Part shown: positions 38,494 to 50,900 of the stretch, in pieces | How positions within the stretch are numbered: the stretch's first letter is position 1 | Layout of the letters: each line of letters starts with the position of its first letter | Source of the DNA: Daphnia carinata | Taxonomy: Eukaryota | Assembly: GCF_022539665.2 (NCBI RefSeq) | Contig: NC_081331.1 | Coordinates: 9,362,001 to 9,426,000 of the forward strand | DNA length: 64,000 bases | Reading direction: 5' to 3' | Made by a program: the position numbers and the translations under genes | The notes under the pieces: generated by a model | The model's input: only the letters and a program-made list of their open reading frames with translations | The model's database searches: none | Told to the model about the DNA's origin: nothing

Positions 38494-41400
38494 AACAGTT
38501 TCAGGTAGTTTGACTCATAGAAAACAATTCAAATAACATCTGGATTTAAGCTTTGTACGTAGGCTATAGCAGTTTGGCCTTATGCCACTATAACGCACAA
38601 CTTATTAGCTGAGTTCCCCTTTCTTTGAAAGCGTCGGCACTCTCCTTCCTAAAGGATGAATAGGAAACTTACTGCTACATTGCTATTTCAAGTTTGTTAC
38701 CGTACGATAGCAGTAAAGGTTAAATTGGCAGATGAATTCGGTTGAACGTAATTTTAAGTTTTTCGAGCATAAAACAAAACTGCGATGCAAAACGCTATTC
38801 TCATTTTCTTCACTTTTATCTAAATATTCTGTAACTTTTTTTATATATTTAAAAATTCTGTAAGATTGGGTAATTTTGAAATTTTTTCTAAAAACAAATA
38901 GCCCCAATTCCTGTTATACAATTTTTTTTCATTTATTTTTCATCCATTTTTCATCATTTATATAATTTTTTCTGTTTTACGACGAGAGCTAGGTTTTTTG
39001 TTTCAATTACCCCGCTTTTTTTATTGGCCCCACGCTCCTCTACCCTTTGTTTAATTGCAAAAATAGGGGACTATATGGCACATCTCTACTTAGATATACT
39101 GAAGATGATTTCTTCCTAACTGCAGGGACTACCACTTAAAAGAATGACGTTATCTGAATTTTATACGTTTTAAACGCGTTTTTTTTTCTTATAAATTATT
39201 TTAGTCTTTTATTCCCTCAGCAAATGCCGTCAGGCCCCCTTATTGCTTGTTGTCTCTCGAAGTGAATTTTTTAAACTTAATTTTGGGAACTTAAAAAATT
39301 ATTTAACAGTAAGTTTTTTTAATGAAATTTATTTAGGAAAACACAAATCTCATGTCTCATGCAAAATCAAAATCAAACCCGTTCGAATAAAATACCGACG
39401 TTTTTCCAAAAACAAACAACCTCTGCAACACTCTTTCCAATACTAACGAGACAGGCGAGTCACCAAAATTGCGTTTTATGCAACTCGTAAAGCCTCGACA
39501 TGGCCCCCATAATGGTCAAAATGTGGGTAGTAGAGAAGACGACGGCGAAAAATCCACAGACAATATCGCTTCGTCTTTTCACTCCCATACATCTTTACCG
39601 ATTAAAGAGAACCATTGTTAAAGGCAGAGCATTGCTTTGGATTCCTTGCATCTTTGGGACATGGTAAATAGTCTAAACGGATTAATTTGGTTGTTTGGTT
39701 ATAATTAAAGTAAAGTTGTCTTGGTATATTCTTTATGTAGTCTTTTAGTTCTTTGCAGATCAGCATTGCCACTCGTCGAACATTTCAACGTCGATTCCGT
39801 TGTCGGTTACCGTAGAAGGGTCGATTTGCATGTTTCCGTCGTTATTACATGACAGACGGCTATCAGTATTCAGTGAAGCTGACTGCTTTTCTATTTCTTG
39901 GTCATGTTTGGTGTTCCTCTTCTTCTTCTTCTGGTGATTGGACTGTTCTGATGATTAATTCCGGTTTGTTTCTTGTTGAATGTCAATACGGGTTCCGAGT
40001 GGTTGGTAGTACAGGAAAAGCAAACAGCATCAGAAAAAGAAAATCAAAATTCTGGATGAAATTTTGGTTCGCGTTTCCCAATTTTATGATCTTCCATTTC
40101 TAAAAGCTCATTCTTAGTGAAAGAAAAACACGTAATGCTGTCCTGTTTTTCCTACCACCAAAACAATCTAATGCCGTAATTGAATTCTCAGATGTTGTTC
40201 AAAATTTCTTTTTTTTTCCAGCAAAGATTGTTTTATGTCATATCCAAAGAAATAAAACCAATTCGAATTCAATTGTTTGATGTTGAAAATGACATAAAAC
40301 AAACAATAAGATATCCAATTGGGAGACAGTATGTAACAGTTAAAGGATTGAACACGAAATCCTAAAACTGATAACCAAAGAAACATGTGGAAAAACCAAT
40401 TACAAACCGAAACCAGCAGTTTTGGAATAATTTTTTTTTTTGAATATGCCAATGCTTTTTCAAAGCTTTTCTTCAGGTTAGAAATGGTATCTTCCAACAT
40501 TTTAGCGTCTTCCTTGGTATTGAAAAGGGAAGCGCTTTTCGCGTAATTTATCATACCATATATCCGGTAGTAAGTGTCTATTGCAGGGCTGTAAGCCTCA
40601 GGCAATTTCTTTTGAACTTGCTCTTCGACGTCAGACAGACCTAATTCATCTAGAATGTAGGTCCAATCCACATCGTGCTGTTGACTGTGGCCCATTTCGT
40701 GAAAAAATTGGAACCACATCAAAAGAATTTGGCGAGCAACTGCTGCACACTTTTCCTTGCGCTGAGGGATATCTTTTTTAAATGTCTTGTTCAACAATTC
40801 CGGGATGTCCGTAGTCAGCGGAATAAGTTTATCCATTTCAGCCATTTTTTTTACTACCTCTCCCACAAAAAATAAGATTAAGGGAATTAACGAAAGGCTA
40901 GGTGGTAAAAGGTTACAATAATCGGCCGTGGCATCAAAGAACGCCCTTCCTCTGTCATCCAGTAAGTAGTGGTATATTAGCCTACTTGCGCCGAATGTTA
41001 CAAGTTGCATTACAACGAGTAACAGGTGGATGTTGATACTACGTTTGATAAAACTGAGGATCCCAGAACACATACAACCATTTTTTTGGAAAATGTTCAC
41101 ACCATTCGTGGGAGCATCCTTCGTCATCGGACTTGTGGCTACATTGGCTGCAGTAGTGGTATTGGACATAAGTCGCTTCTGTGTAGCTCGTGCTGCTTGC
41201 AGTCGGCTGTTTTTTTCTGGATTAGATTGGACTACCGTCTTGTCAGTGGCTTCTCTAATTGACGGGGACGATTTAATGTCACTACGTTGCAATGTGTTTT
41301 CCGTTTGTGATTTTAATTTTAGGCTGGTCTCGATCTGGCTTATCACAGGGACATCTCTGGTTTTCATCCTGGAATCCAGGAGAAGTCGTGTACGAGTTTT

Positions 41401-42024
41401 TGCAATTTGAGATAACGCTGGTGTCTTAAGAATTGTTGCTACATTGGCTGCAGTACTGGTATTGGACATAAGTCGCTTCTGTGTAGCTCTTTCTGCTTGC
41501 ATTCGGCTGTTTTTCACTATTCCTGCCATTCTTTGAATTTGAGGTTTTAAATTTGGAGCTTCTGATGTATTATAGATCTTTTCAGATGTCAGAACTCGTT
41601 TTTCTCATATTAGCTCAGTTTACTTAAGCCTAACGTTTCGTTTAACTGTGGCGGGAAGTCGGTGTGACCCATTCATATAGCCCTTTGTAACACATTACTT
41701 TCAGTTATATTCCACATGATTGCTAAAATTGAAGTATCACATTTTAAAAATTCTTGTTCATCGTTTACATTCGACTAATTTTCAAAAATTAGTAAATAAT
41801 ATCTATAACAATTATGACGGATAAGTACTGACGGAAGAATCCGCCACCGGTTAACATGGGCCACCTAGCGGACACCGGAAGCAATACAGCTTTTCTAAAT
41901 AGAATAAAATACCACTAAAATTCCACACTCTATAGTCGCTACAGCTCCAGGTTACGCGGAAATTTCTTAGGAAAATCGTGTTCCCGTTTCCGAGTAGAAG
42001 AGAAAATTTTCTGCATTTTCCATG
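38494..42024 (-). repeat. Most complete bestrophin-like repeat unit (copy C, ~3.5 kb)
   Basis: Contains segments matching copies A, A2 and B (inverted) and copy D (direct). Confidence 0.88.
40168..41529 (-). CDS. Intronless, highly divergent bestrophin-family protein (453 aa) with a repeated N-terminal extension
   Basis: Collinear by eye with the bestrophin core. KRSI..[24 protein letters not shown] ~ RGSI..[39 protein letters not shown]..LIP ~ [45 protein letters not shown] ~ YAYDWISIPLVYTQV..YSFFLTCLVG. FFGYD..KRNF ~ PFGED..DRNL. Confidence 0.72.
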   Translation of the reverse strand: [453 protein letters not shown]

Positions 42025-42169
42025 TTGCACTGGAATTTCTGTAGACTGAGTCATGTCTTTAACTCTGGTACTATTCGATAAATTCTATTCGATAAATGAC
42101 TATCTCGATCCTATTCTTTAGCAGGCGATAGGAATGTATTAGAAATGTAATATACTAGCGTGCCAGGGG

Positions 42170-42340
42170 ATACCAGGGGAGTTGTAAGCGTGGAACAGCG
42201 TTTGCTGTGTTGTTGAATTGGCGCCATCTAATGCTAGCTAGCTTCCCAAAATGTATCGATACAGCGATACAGACGATATATCTAAATTGTTTTGAGCTAC
42301 TGGCAAATACAGAAGACATCGATTAGATAGTTGCCAACTT
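42170..42340. promoter_or_regulatory. Housekeeping-type promoter region with a DRE (TATCGATA, 42254-42261), further CGATA motifs and a CTCF-like GCGCCATCTA (42221-42230)
   Basis: The motifs are visible ~300 bp upstream of the NipSnap ATG, between divergently oriented genes. Confidence 0.55.
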
Positions 42341-42553
42341 AGATTTGGCTATAGTTTAAAGAGCTTTTTATTTCCGGCAGTTGTTGGATGCCGTGGAGTC
42401 GTTAGGGGATTGGGATATGTGTTATAGGAATTTGTGATAAATCAGAAGATATTTGAGTAGTTAAAAGCTGCGCTTGCAGCAAGGTTTTTAATCTTCGTCG
42501 AACGAAATTTCGACTGCTTTCGGTCCCCTGTCTATTGAAGAGACTCGTGCAAA

Positions 42554-43988
42554 ATGGCGTCAACTGTGGTTAAACTAAAGAATTTCGCAACAGGCTATAA
42601 AATCGCATTTGGACCATCTTCAAGTTGTAGGTAGCTGAAGCAGATCCCAATAAAATTTTGCTTTGGCTTTTAATTTTTTTCGATGAAACCGACAATTCTA
42701 AGGATTAACGAGTATTTTATTTTTTACTTTAGGACGCTGACTACTTCCCATAGGTTATCAAATGAAGTAAAAGATAATTGGTTCTCAAAGGTTTTTGTTC
42801 GGAAAATTGAACCAACCAAGGAGTCCCACTCTCGCCTTCTTTCTGATAAAGATGTCATCTATGAACTCCAAACCCATAATATCAGACCTGACATGAGGGA
42901 CAAATATCTTTCAAATTAGTATGTTCTCTTTTGCTAACCTAAACTTAACCTGTGTTTAATGTTAAGAAATTAAATTTCATGGTAGTATTTCTAGTATGCT
43001 ATATGTAATCACATGATAGAGAAGTAGCTGCTTTTCTGGTTTTTAGAAAGAGGCTTAGGCTAAGGATATAGATATTTTACCAACTATTCAACTGAATTGA
43101 GGTAAAATTTCAAAAATTATATGTGGAGCCAAGTCTTGATATTAACAGAATTAGAATCGTGAAGCTGAAGAGAAAGATTATTGGTTTCCTCGTTTGTTAC
43201 AAAGTTTTTGTATTTGAAACCATTCCAGTGAAAAGCATTGTCAACTTATGGCTTCATCTGACATCAACGCTGAATTGGTTGGAAGCTGGTCTGTCATTGT
43301 TGGTGACCAAGATCAAGCATTTCACGTGTGGCGTTATATTGGTGGTTATGCAGAAATCGATAAGGCATGTGTCACCCTTGCCAAGAGCAATGCAAGTATT
43401 GTTTTCATACTGTTTTAAAGCTGGATTATCTTATTACTTTACTTTCCAGGAACATCGTCGTTTGTGGAATGAGCAGGGTCAGTGCATTCGTGCTCGACAC
43501 AACCAATACGTTCTTACATTTAGCTTTTGGCCCCAGGTAGTGTTATCTTGCAATCTTTCCTGCTCACTATGAGTGAAGTTAATTTTAACAGATTGAGAGC
43601 CGAAAAGGCCCCAACGTCTATGAAGTACGGAATTATGTTCTAAAGCCAGGAACCATGATAGAATGGGGCAACAATTGGGCAAGGGCCATCAGTTTCAGGC
43701 GTGAAAATGAAGAGGCATTCGCTGGATTTTTCTCTCAGATTGGAAGATTGTACAATGTTCATCACGTTTGGGGTAAGTAAACTTTAAATTGGCTTCCATT
43801 GGGTCACATCAATTTTATCGTGTATGCCTTGTTGTACAGCCTACTCAGACCTTCAGTCACGTAAGGAAACTCGGGAAGCCGCTTGGAGAAAACCTGGTTG
43901 GGATGAATGCGTCGCGTATACAGTCCCATTGATTCAACAAATGCACACTAAAATAATGGTACCCCTTCCATTCTCCCCTACTCAGTAA
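42554..43988 (+). CDS. Nipsnap: Protein NipSnap (mitochondrial), multi-exon
   Basis: [139 protein letters not shown]. Confidence 0.96.
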
Positions 43989-46900
43989 ATAATCAAGAGC
44001 AAAATTTGCCGTTTTGGCGTCTTGTAGCTGATGATAGGTACATGGAAGATCAACAGAATCCTATACAAACACTTAACGTCTCGCTCTCCCTCTTCTCATT
44101 TTGATCGACAGAAGAGGGAGTGCGCGACTATTGCAATTTAATTTTTTAAGGTTTCGTCAATGGTAATCGAGGGATTCTGAAAAAAAAAGGAAGTTTGTAG
44201 TTTATCGGCATTATAATGTACAAAGTGCTCCGTGTGGTTTGAAGCATTTAAATTGATTGAATAAAATAGAACAGAAAGAAAGGTAAATCCCAAGCTGTTT
44301 GGGGGGTTAAGTGTTACGTTTTCGCTTACAGCAGAAAACTACATTAAAGGTTAACAAGTTGTGTTCGAATTTCTAGCTCAACGGCCAGATTTTTGTGGTA
44401 CTAGTAGATTCCTTTGCAAGTTGTTAATTGATTTGGGTAGAAAAACGACACGATTACTCTTCATTCCGCTAAAGCTGCAAGTGATTTCAGGAACACTTTG
44501 GAAATCTCCTGTAGTTAAAATAAACTGCATTGCCCAAAATTAAATATCTATAACTAAACGACTTGACCCATGAAGCAGTTCGCAATGAAGTCGCTACCGA
44601 AATCCTTTATCTTACGGTGTGGAGCAACGGGTAAGATTAGAACGTTATATCTGAAATGAATAATGTCTTCAACTTTAAGGAACCGGCAAAATGGTATTCG
44701 AAGCTGAAGACCAGATGGCACTTTTGAGCAAAGATTTCCTTGTTTGCTACATTTGACGGCGTATTTGCTCAAACCTGTAGCGAGGTGTTGGGACAATTCC
44801 AGGAGTTTCGTGAATTTCAAAGGTCTCGGCCAAACCACCCTGCTAAAATCAAGAAAAAAGCAAAAAAAAAAAGACATTTTTCGCGTTTTTTTTTTTAGTC
44901 TCTTCCTTATTGTCACAAATTGTAAGGAAAATGTTCCACGGCCCCCTCCTCCTATGATTTACGGAACCGATGTTTGATTTTCCAGGGACACTAGAACTTC
45001 CCGGACAGTGGAACTCCAGTTCAAAAATTAACTTAAAAATTAAAATAAATACCTGACAGTAGAATTTCACTGCCTGATAGTATAATTCTCTTATTTTATT
45101 TGACAATATCTTACTACACCCAACTTTTTGAGGCTATCAATTAACCAAGAACTGTTTGTCTCAACAAATTAAGTTTACTCGTACCGAGTTTACGGAGAAT
45201 GCAAATGATGTTTCCGGGGAACACATTCACGTTTTCAATAATCAGCTCCAGTATCTTCCTCTAGTTGGTTTCTACGTTTACAGAAATACCCCTGCTACGT
45301 CTTCACCGTCCCAACAGGATATCCCAATCAACGTACAATGGAGGACACAAGGACATCCTAATATTCGGATTTATAGGCGCTCGTGGAAGTAGCTACATTC
45401 ATATTAAACGACCATCATTGATTGACGCATGAAATTTGCATCAGACGCCTAGGCCCGAGAGAATTAGCTTATTCTTATTTTATGTGTAAGTTTTTATTCT
45501 TATCGTAAGGTTCTTTCTTCATTTATTTTTTTAAATCGCAATTTCAAAAATGCACATTTGTTTGTCTGGTTGCATTTAGCTTGGTCATCACGAAATACAA
45601 TTTTTAAAAAATATTCAAGGGCCTCCAACACCAAGTGTTTCCTGTTGCTAGAAGTGATAACACCAAAAAGTGGTGCTGGATTCCTTTTTATGCCGATTTC
45701 TGCAATTCCTAAGACAACAAGTGAACAAACATAATTGCAACAGTAGTTGCGGCGTCACCTGTCGGAGTTACGTCCGATCAATGTTGAAGTTAAGTTTTGC
45801 CGAATAAGCGTGTGCATGCCGCGAAGAACTAAAGATATAAGAAGGGGAAAGGGTTGTCATAATGGTTTGTAATGGAGAAGAATGCTATAAAGTATTGCCT
45901 TGTCTACGCATCGAAACGCCGAAAAATCCTCACCTCCCCCCCGCCCATCTACGTGGTGCTGAGCCCTAGGGAAAGGGGAATTGGCAATTTGTCGTACATA
46001 ATTTATCCCCATGTATGGCTCTTTGTCAAAGCCAATTGTTATTTTTTCGTACAATCGACACTTTTTTTTTTCAAGTATGTCACCAAATTTAAAGCGCACG
46101 CAGACGTCCATAAGATTTTATAGGAGCGTTCCTCAAAATCACTAGAAAAATAAAAATGCGTCTGTCCAACATTTATTGCGACATGTAAATTTGGTTGGTG
46201 ATCAACAGAAAATAACCAATAACCAATGCGCTGAAATAACGTCAATAACTAATCAAATAATCACGTTCAAAAGCTCTTGAAAGTGATTTTAAATTGGAAT
46301 AACAGCGTTACATGGGCCACTTTAAATCTCCGCGTATAAACGAAACGGGAATCCCAGAAGAAATGTCATCTCTGGGGAAATGTTTTGAACCGTGAGTTAC
46401 GAAAAAATTCAATATACATTGCTGTTTTTTACTAGTTTGGGCAACATATCGTAGCTCTTGAATCCTGACTTCTTTGTGGAATGTAAATAAACATTTAGGC
46501 AAGTCCACGAAGTTTCACTTCTCCTTAATCTCTGAAACTCGACAAACTTCAGTAGGTTTGAACGAAATACCTTTTGAAATCCCACTGTTTTTGGCTTTAA
46601 CGTCCCAGCCTCCCAGGTGCGCGTATAGTCAGTTCACTGTAACAGCTAAAAAATTTCGCTTTCAGAGCGCAAATTTCGCCCATTACTTTAAGGCTTTTGT
46701 ATTAGCGTGCCACGAAAATGCAAGAAATTGACGGACATCCCCTTACATTCAGAAGCTGTGGATTGTTTTGTGCGGTTTTATTCGTAGAACTGCAGCGTCT
46801 TAGTTGGTACTGTATCATCTAACTATAGTATAATTGTTTGTTTTCCCTATTTAAAGTTTCTTCTTAGCCAACGGGACCTAAATTGTAATTAAGTCATCAT

Positions 46901-47821
46901 GCCGTTTCATAATTGTCGCAAGCCTGTTGGATTGGTATCTTATATTCTTAGTGCAATAGACAGTATTTTACCCACCTCGTTTTGTACTTTGATAAATTGT
47001 ACAACCATTAGCCATCTACTAAGAATAACTAACTTTGACTTGCTAGAACTCTGACCTAGGCCTCTTCTGTATCTGATGAGGTTATACCAATGGCCATCAG
47101 CTTGCAGCAAACGCAATGGTAAAATACTTCCCTTCAGGAAATATGCATAGAAAACAAATAAAAAGAAAAGAAAAAATATCTTCCAAATAAAATTAGATAT
47201 GAAACTTAAATCCACCTACATTTTCAAAAGCAAAGTGAAAATAATGCGCAAGGGTTACCTAACAAATCATGACTCGTCAAGGAGACCTAAGGTAAATTAA
47301 GCGTTTGAAGGTTCAGTTTGCATCATATTCCATTTGTAAAAGCAAAAATAAAGAAATCAATTAGGCATTTAATGAAAGCTGACTCTTCTTCGCGCTTGTG
47401 AGCTATGATGTTCAGTTGTGTTCTTGTTGAAAAGAAAAATGGACGATATGTATTATCCCGTTCGGAGCACAAAGGATGTTACATTCAAAGGTCAAACGTT
47501 CTGATATTAATTATTAGTAACAAAAATTTTACACGCAGCTAGTACATTTATGTGTTAAGTACATGGTTTTCATTCTACAGCCAACAATCTGAACTACAGC
47601 TTCTGTAATTGCGGAATTGTCTTTCACGGCTTACGTATACGCAATCGATCTTGATAATGGCAAGTTAAAAGGATAGAAGAAAAACGATGGCCAAGATGCG
47701 CTTTTCCTTCAACGTTTCATACTTTACACGATTTCACAGTTCTATTTCATGACCCTTCCCTTCGGGTGCATTCTGCTTGCTGACTTGGCGTGAATAAATG
47801 CAACGAACACATGTGATTAGC

Positions 47822-47959
47822 TCTGTTGTTCAGCTTGATAAAAGCAAGGGGGAACGGGAATCTTTCAATGGTCGAACTCGACCATTGAAAGTGTGAATCT
47901 GTGTTTGACATTGACATCACCGCAACAGTTGTCTGGATTACTGCAAGCTGAACAACAGA
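47822..47959. other. Nested perfect inverted repeats (16-bp outer arms, 14-bp inner hairpin)
   Basis: Outer pair: TCTGTTGTTCAGCTTG (47822-47837) / CAAGCTGAACAACAGA (47944-47959). Inner: CTTTCAATGGTCGA-AC-TCGACCATTGAAAG (47862-47891). Confidence 0.9.
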
Positions 47960-50900
47960 TAAAAGTCGCTAGGAATTAACATCTAATTAACTCGAAAGCG
48001 AAAGAGATGCCGGTAGCGACAGCGAAGAAGGAGCGAGCGACGGTGGTGGCAGCTGAGTAGCACATTGTCATTCAACAATCCAATTCGTCCTATGAGGTCT
48101 CATCCCACCGCAACAACGGAATCGCATGCGCTTCCATTGTGCTCTTTGTATTTACGCGCACACATTAGCGAGAAAAGATAAGGGTTTTGAAGAAAAGTGG
48201 ACTTACTTTATGGTACTTCACGTCTAATTACTTCGCCGTGGCCGTACCGTTAAATCTCATCATCAGGGTCGTCAAGATTCGTCGTGAATTTTACCAAAAA
48301 TGAAAATTCAGAATCAACCTGCAATAGCTGCAATCACAAACACTCGCTCTTGACAATTTCCAGACATCCAAACCCGAACTATTTAAACGTCCCATTTTAT
48401 GACTTTTCCATTGTGCAGCAAACATCTCCAAATAGCATTGTATTTCGTAATCTGCAAATAGGGAAAAATAAGTTTTAGAATGTTCCACAAAAGTCGTTAG
48501 ACGTCAATTCTGCTCACATTTTAACCGGTCATGGGAAACCTGTTTTTTGAACACCAATACCTGAGAATAAGTAGGTACTGTACGTCGTACAAAAAAAGCC
48601 TCAAAAAGTCTTTTGTAAAATGCAATTACATCTATATCTAACAACTGATGAGCCAGATTTAAGTTTATTTATATTTATATTTTTTTTTGTCTTGTGGATT
48701 CTCCACCACTACCAAATGCATTCGGAAATAAATGGCAACGCCATCCCCCATAACTGGAGCGGCTGTTTATTACCTTTTGTCGTTTTTTCTTGTTTTATTT
48801 CTTATGTCATCAAATTTCAGTTTTAACGAACTAGGACACGTGCAGAATCAGCTAGTCTGAATTTCTTCATTTTTAAATTCTTCTTCCTTTTTAAAACGCA
48901 AGTCACAGAAAGGAAAGCAAAACGCAGTCACAGCAGCCAAAATGAGCTCTGTTGCCCATTCTTTGGCAACAGGCAGTCAACCAGTTTCTAATCGCAGTAC
49001 CGGGTATAGTCTACAGCTTCGCCCTGCTCCGCCATATGGAATATTCGTCATAAAGTGCGATATGTACGTGTCTGTGCACATGCGTGTCCGCCTACGCTGA
49101 AAACGTAGAGAAGCTGTACATTTATGCAATACATGCCACACTAGCAGCTAAGAATATACGTCTTTCAGCATTCTTGCAATGGGATGTCTTTGTTGATTGT
49201 TCCACTGGCAAAACGTCATGCTTCCCACTAAAAAAATGACCTTAAACTCGTATTAGCTATAAATAGTCTACACTGGCATAAGGTCATGCAAATAGATATC
49301 AACCCTATGTATACCTACACTTTTCATCTATCAAAGTGAAGAAGAATTCTATTTTCTTTTCAAACGTTCATTTCGGAAATAGGGAAAACAGTTAAATGCA
49401 ATTTAAAAATGTTCGAATTTTGAATAGCAATGAACAGAAGTAAAACATCTGGAGTGTATCTGCTTTAGTTGGTAGCTCTATTGCAGGTTACTCACGTTGC
49501 TGTATGGCTACGTCGGACCCTAGTTGAATGTAGAGCCATGAATCTCTTTGTCTGTATTTTGGGGATGTACTATTCGATGCCGTAAACTCTGGAGACTATC
49601 TCTTTGGGGACGTGGACTTGGAAAACTTTTGCTACAGTCTCCGTAGATATGTTGCATTACGGGCGTAGGAAAACTGATTCTCGTCCTCTCGATCCGACGA
49701 AGCTCAACATCATCACCGTGCAGGTCAGCTCCGCTTTGGGATGTTGTAGAACTGCCTGTTGCCCGCAGCGCGTTTCCCCACTCCCCAGATGCCGGATTCG
49801 TATGCTATCCTCCATCAGGCATCAGTATTTTACAAACCCAATGTTACTTGTTTAAATATGCATAGAAAAAAAAGATGGCATCCGTTGTGTATTACGGTAA
49901 AAAAAAAATAATAATAATAAAAAATAAGGAAAAAATGCTGTCGCAATGTTGCAAGATGCGACAAATCCTTGTTTTCCACTCTGGGGATGCTAGCCACGAT
50001 AGTCAAGAGTATATAGAGGACAGATTATTCAATCTTTCACCGTCAAACATGAATAATCAATAAGCCACTCTGGTTGTGTGTATAGGCCTGTACGCAAAAC
50101 GGCGGGGGGGGGGGGGGGGGACAAAAAAGTTATTTTTCCGTACGAAACGGTGGCATCAGCAAGGTCCGAAAGTATACAAGTACGTATATATATGCATTGT
50201 CTAGTACACAATTTATACCATGCATAGGTCTAAGCTTACAAGATTCGAGGATGCATGTCCCAGAACGTTATTAATTCAAAAAGTCGCAAGCAGTCGTATA
50301 GCAGAATGTATAGGTTTCATCAACTATAATGAATGTATTAGTAATGTTCTGTGTGTACAAATGGATAGCGATACCCCTTTGCAAGACAGCAAGGATGCAC
50401 GGACTCACCAATATAAATACTTTGCCCACACACAAAGAGAAGAAAAAGCAACGCCTTTATACGTACGAGTAGACTATATAGCATCACATTGCACTCGATG
50501 TCCGATAGCAACGCACAGTACTTGTTTAGCTGAAAATGTACCCAGTTAAAAAGCTGCTCGTAGTTAGGCGGCTTGGTGCTGTTGCTAGTTGCTCGAATCT
50601 CGAGCTTCATATTGACTTGTTGCGTGCTATTTGTGCGGCATGCGGGTCGCAATGTGTTTGAAGCCAGGCATAGGCCGGAGCTTCATATACTGTGTAATTG
50701 GTTGGTTGAACCCTGGTGAGCGCCAGCCGCCGAATCGGAATGCCGCTAATTGAAAATGTTCTCCCGATGCATCCAGCCATTTCCCACATGCACGCGGATG
50801 AGAAAAAGGTAACAGAAACTGCTGTGAAACAGCATCGACGGTAGGAAACAAGGTAGGCAAGAGACGAGTTGCACATGATTCGTTGGCGATACTTTGTGTC

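Noticed and set aside
39370..39590. Downstream segment initially read as a separate bestrophin TM/clasp exon (..KRNFGDS..)
   Set aside because: The main ORF already contains the positionally equivalent FFGYD..KRNF segment, and the frames here are inconsistent among copies.
46790..49500. TAGTTGGTA A-box-like strings at ~46800 and ~49465 suggesting tRNA or SINE
   Set aside because: No B-box or cloverleaf follows either string.
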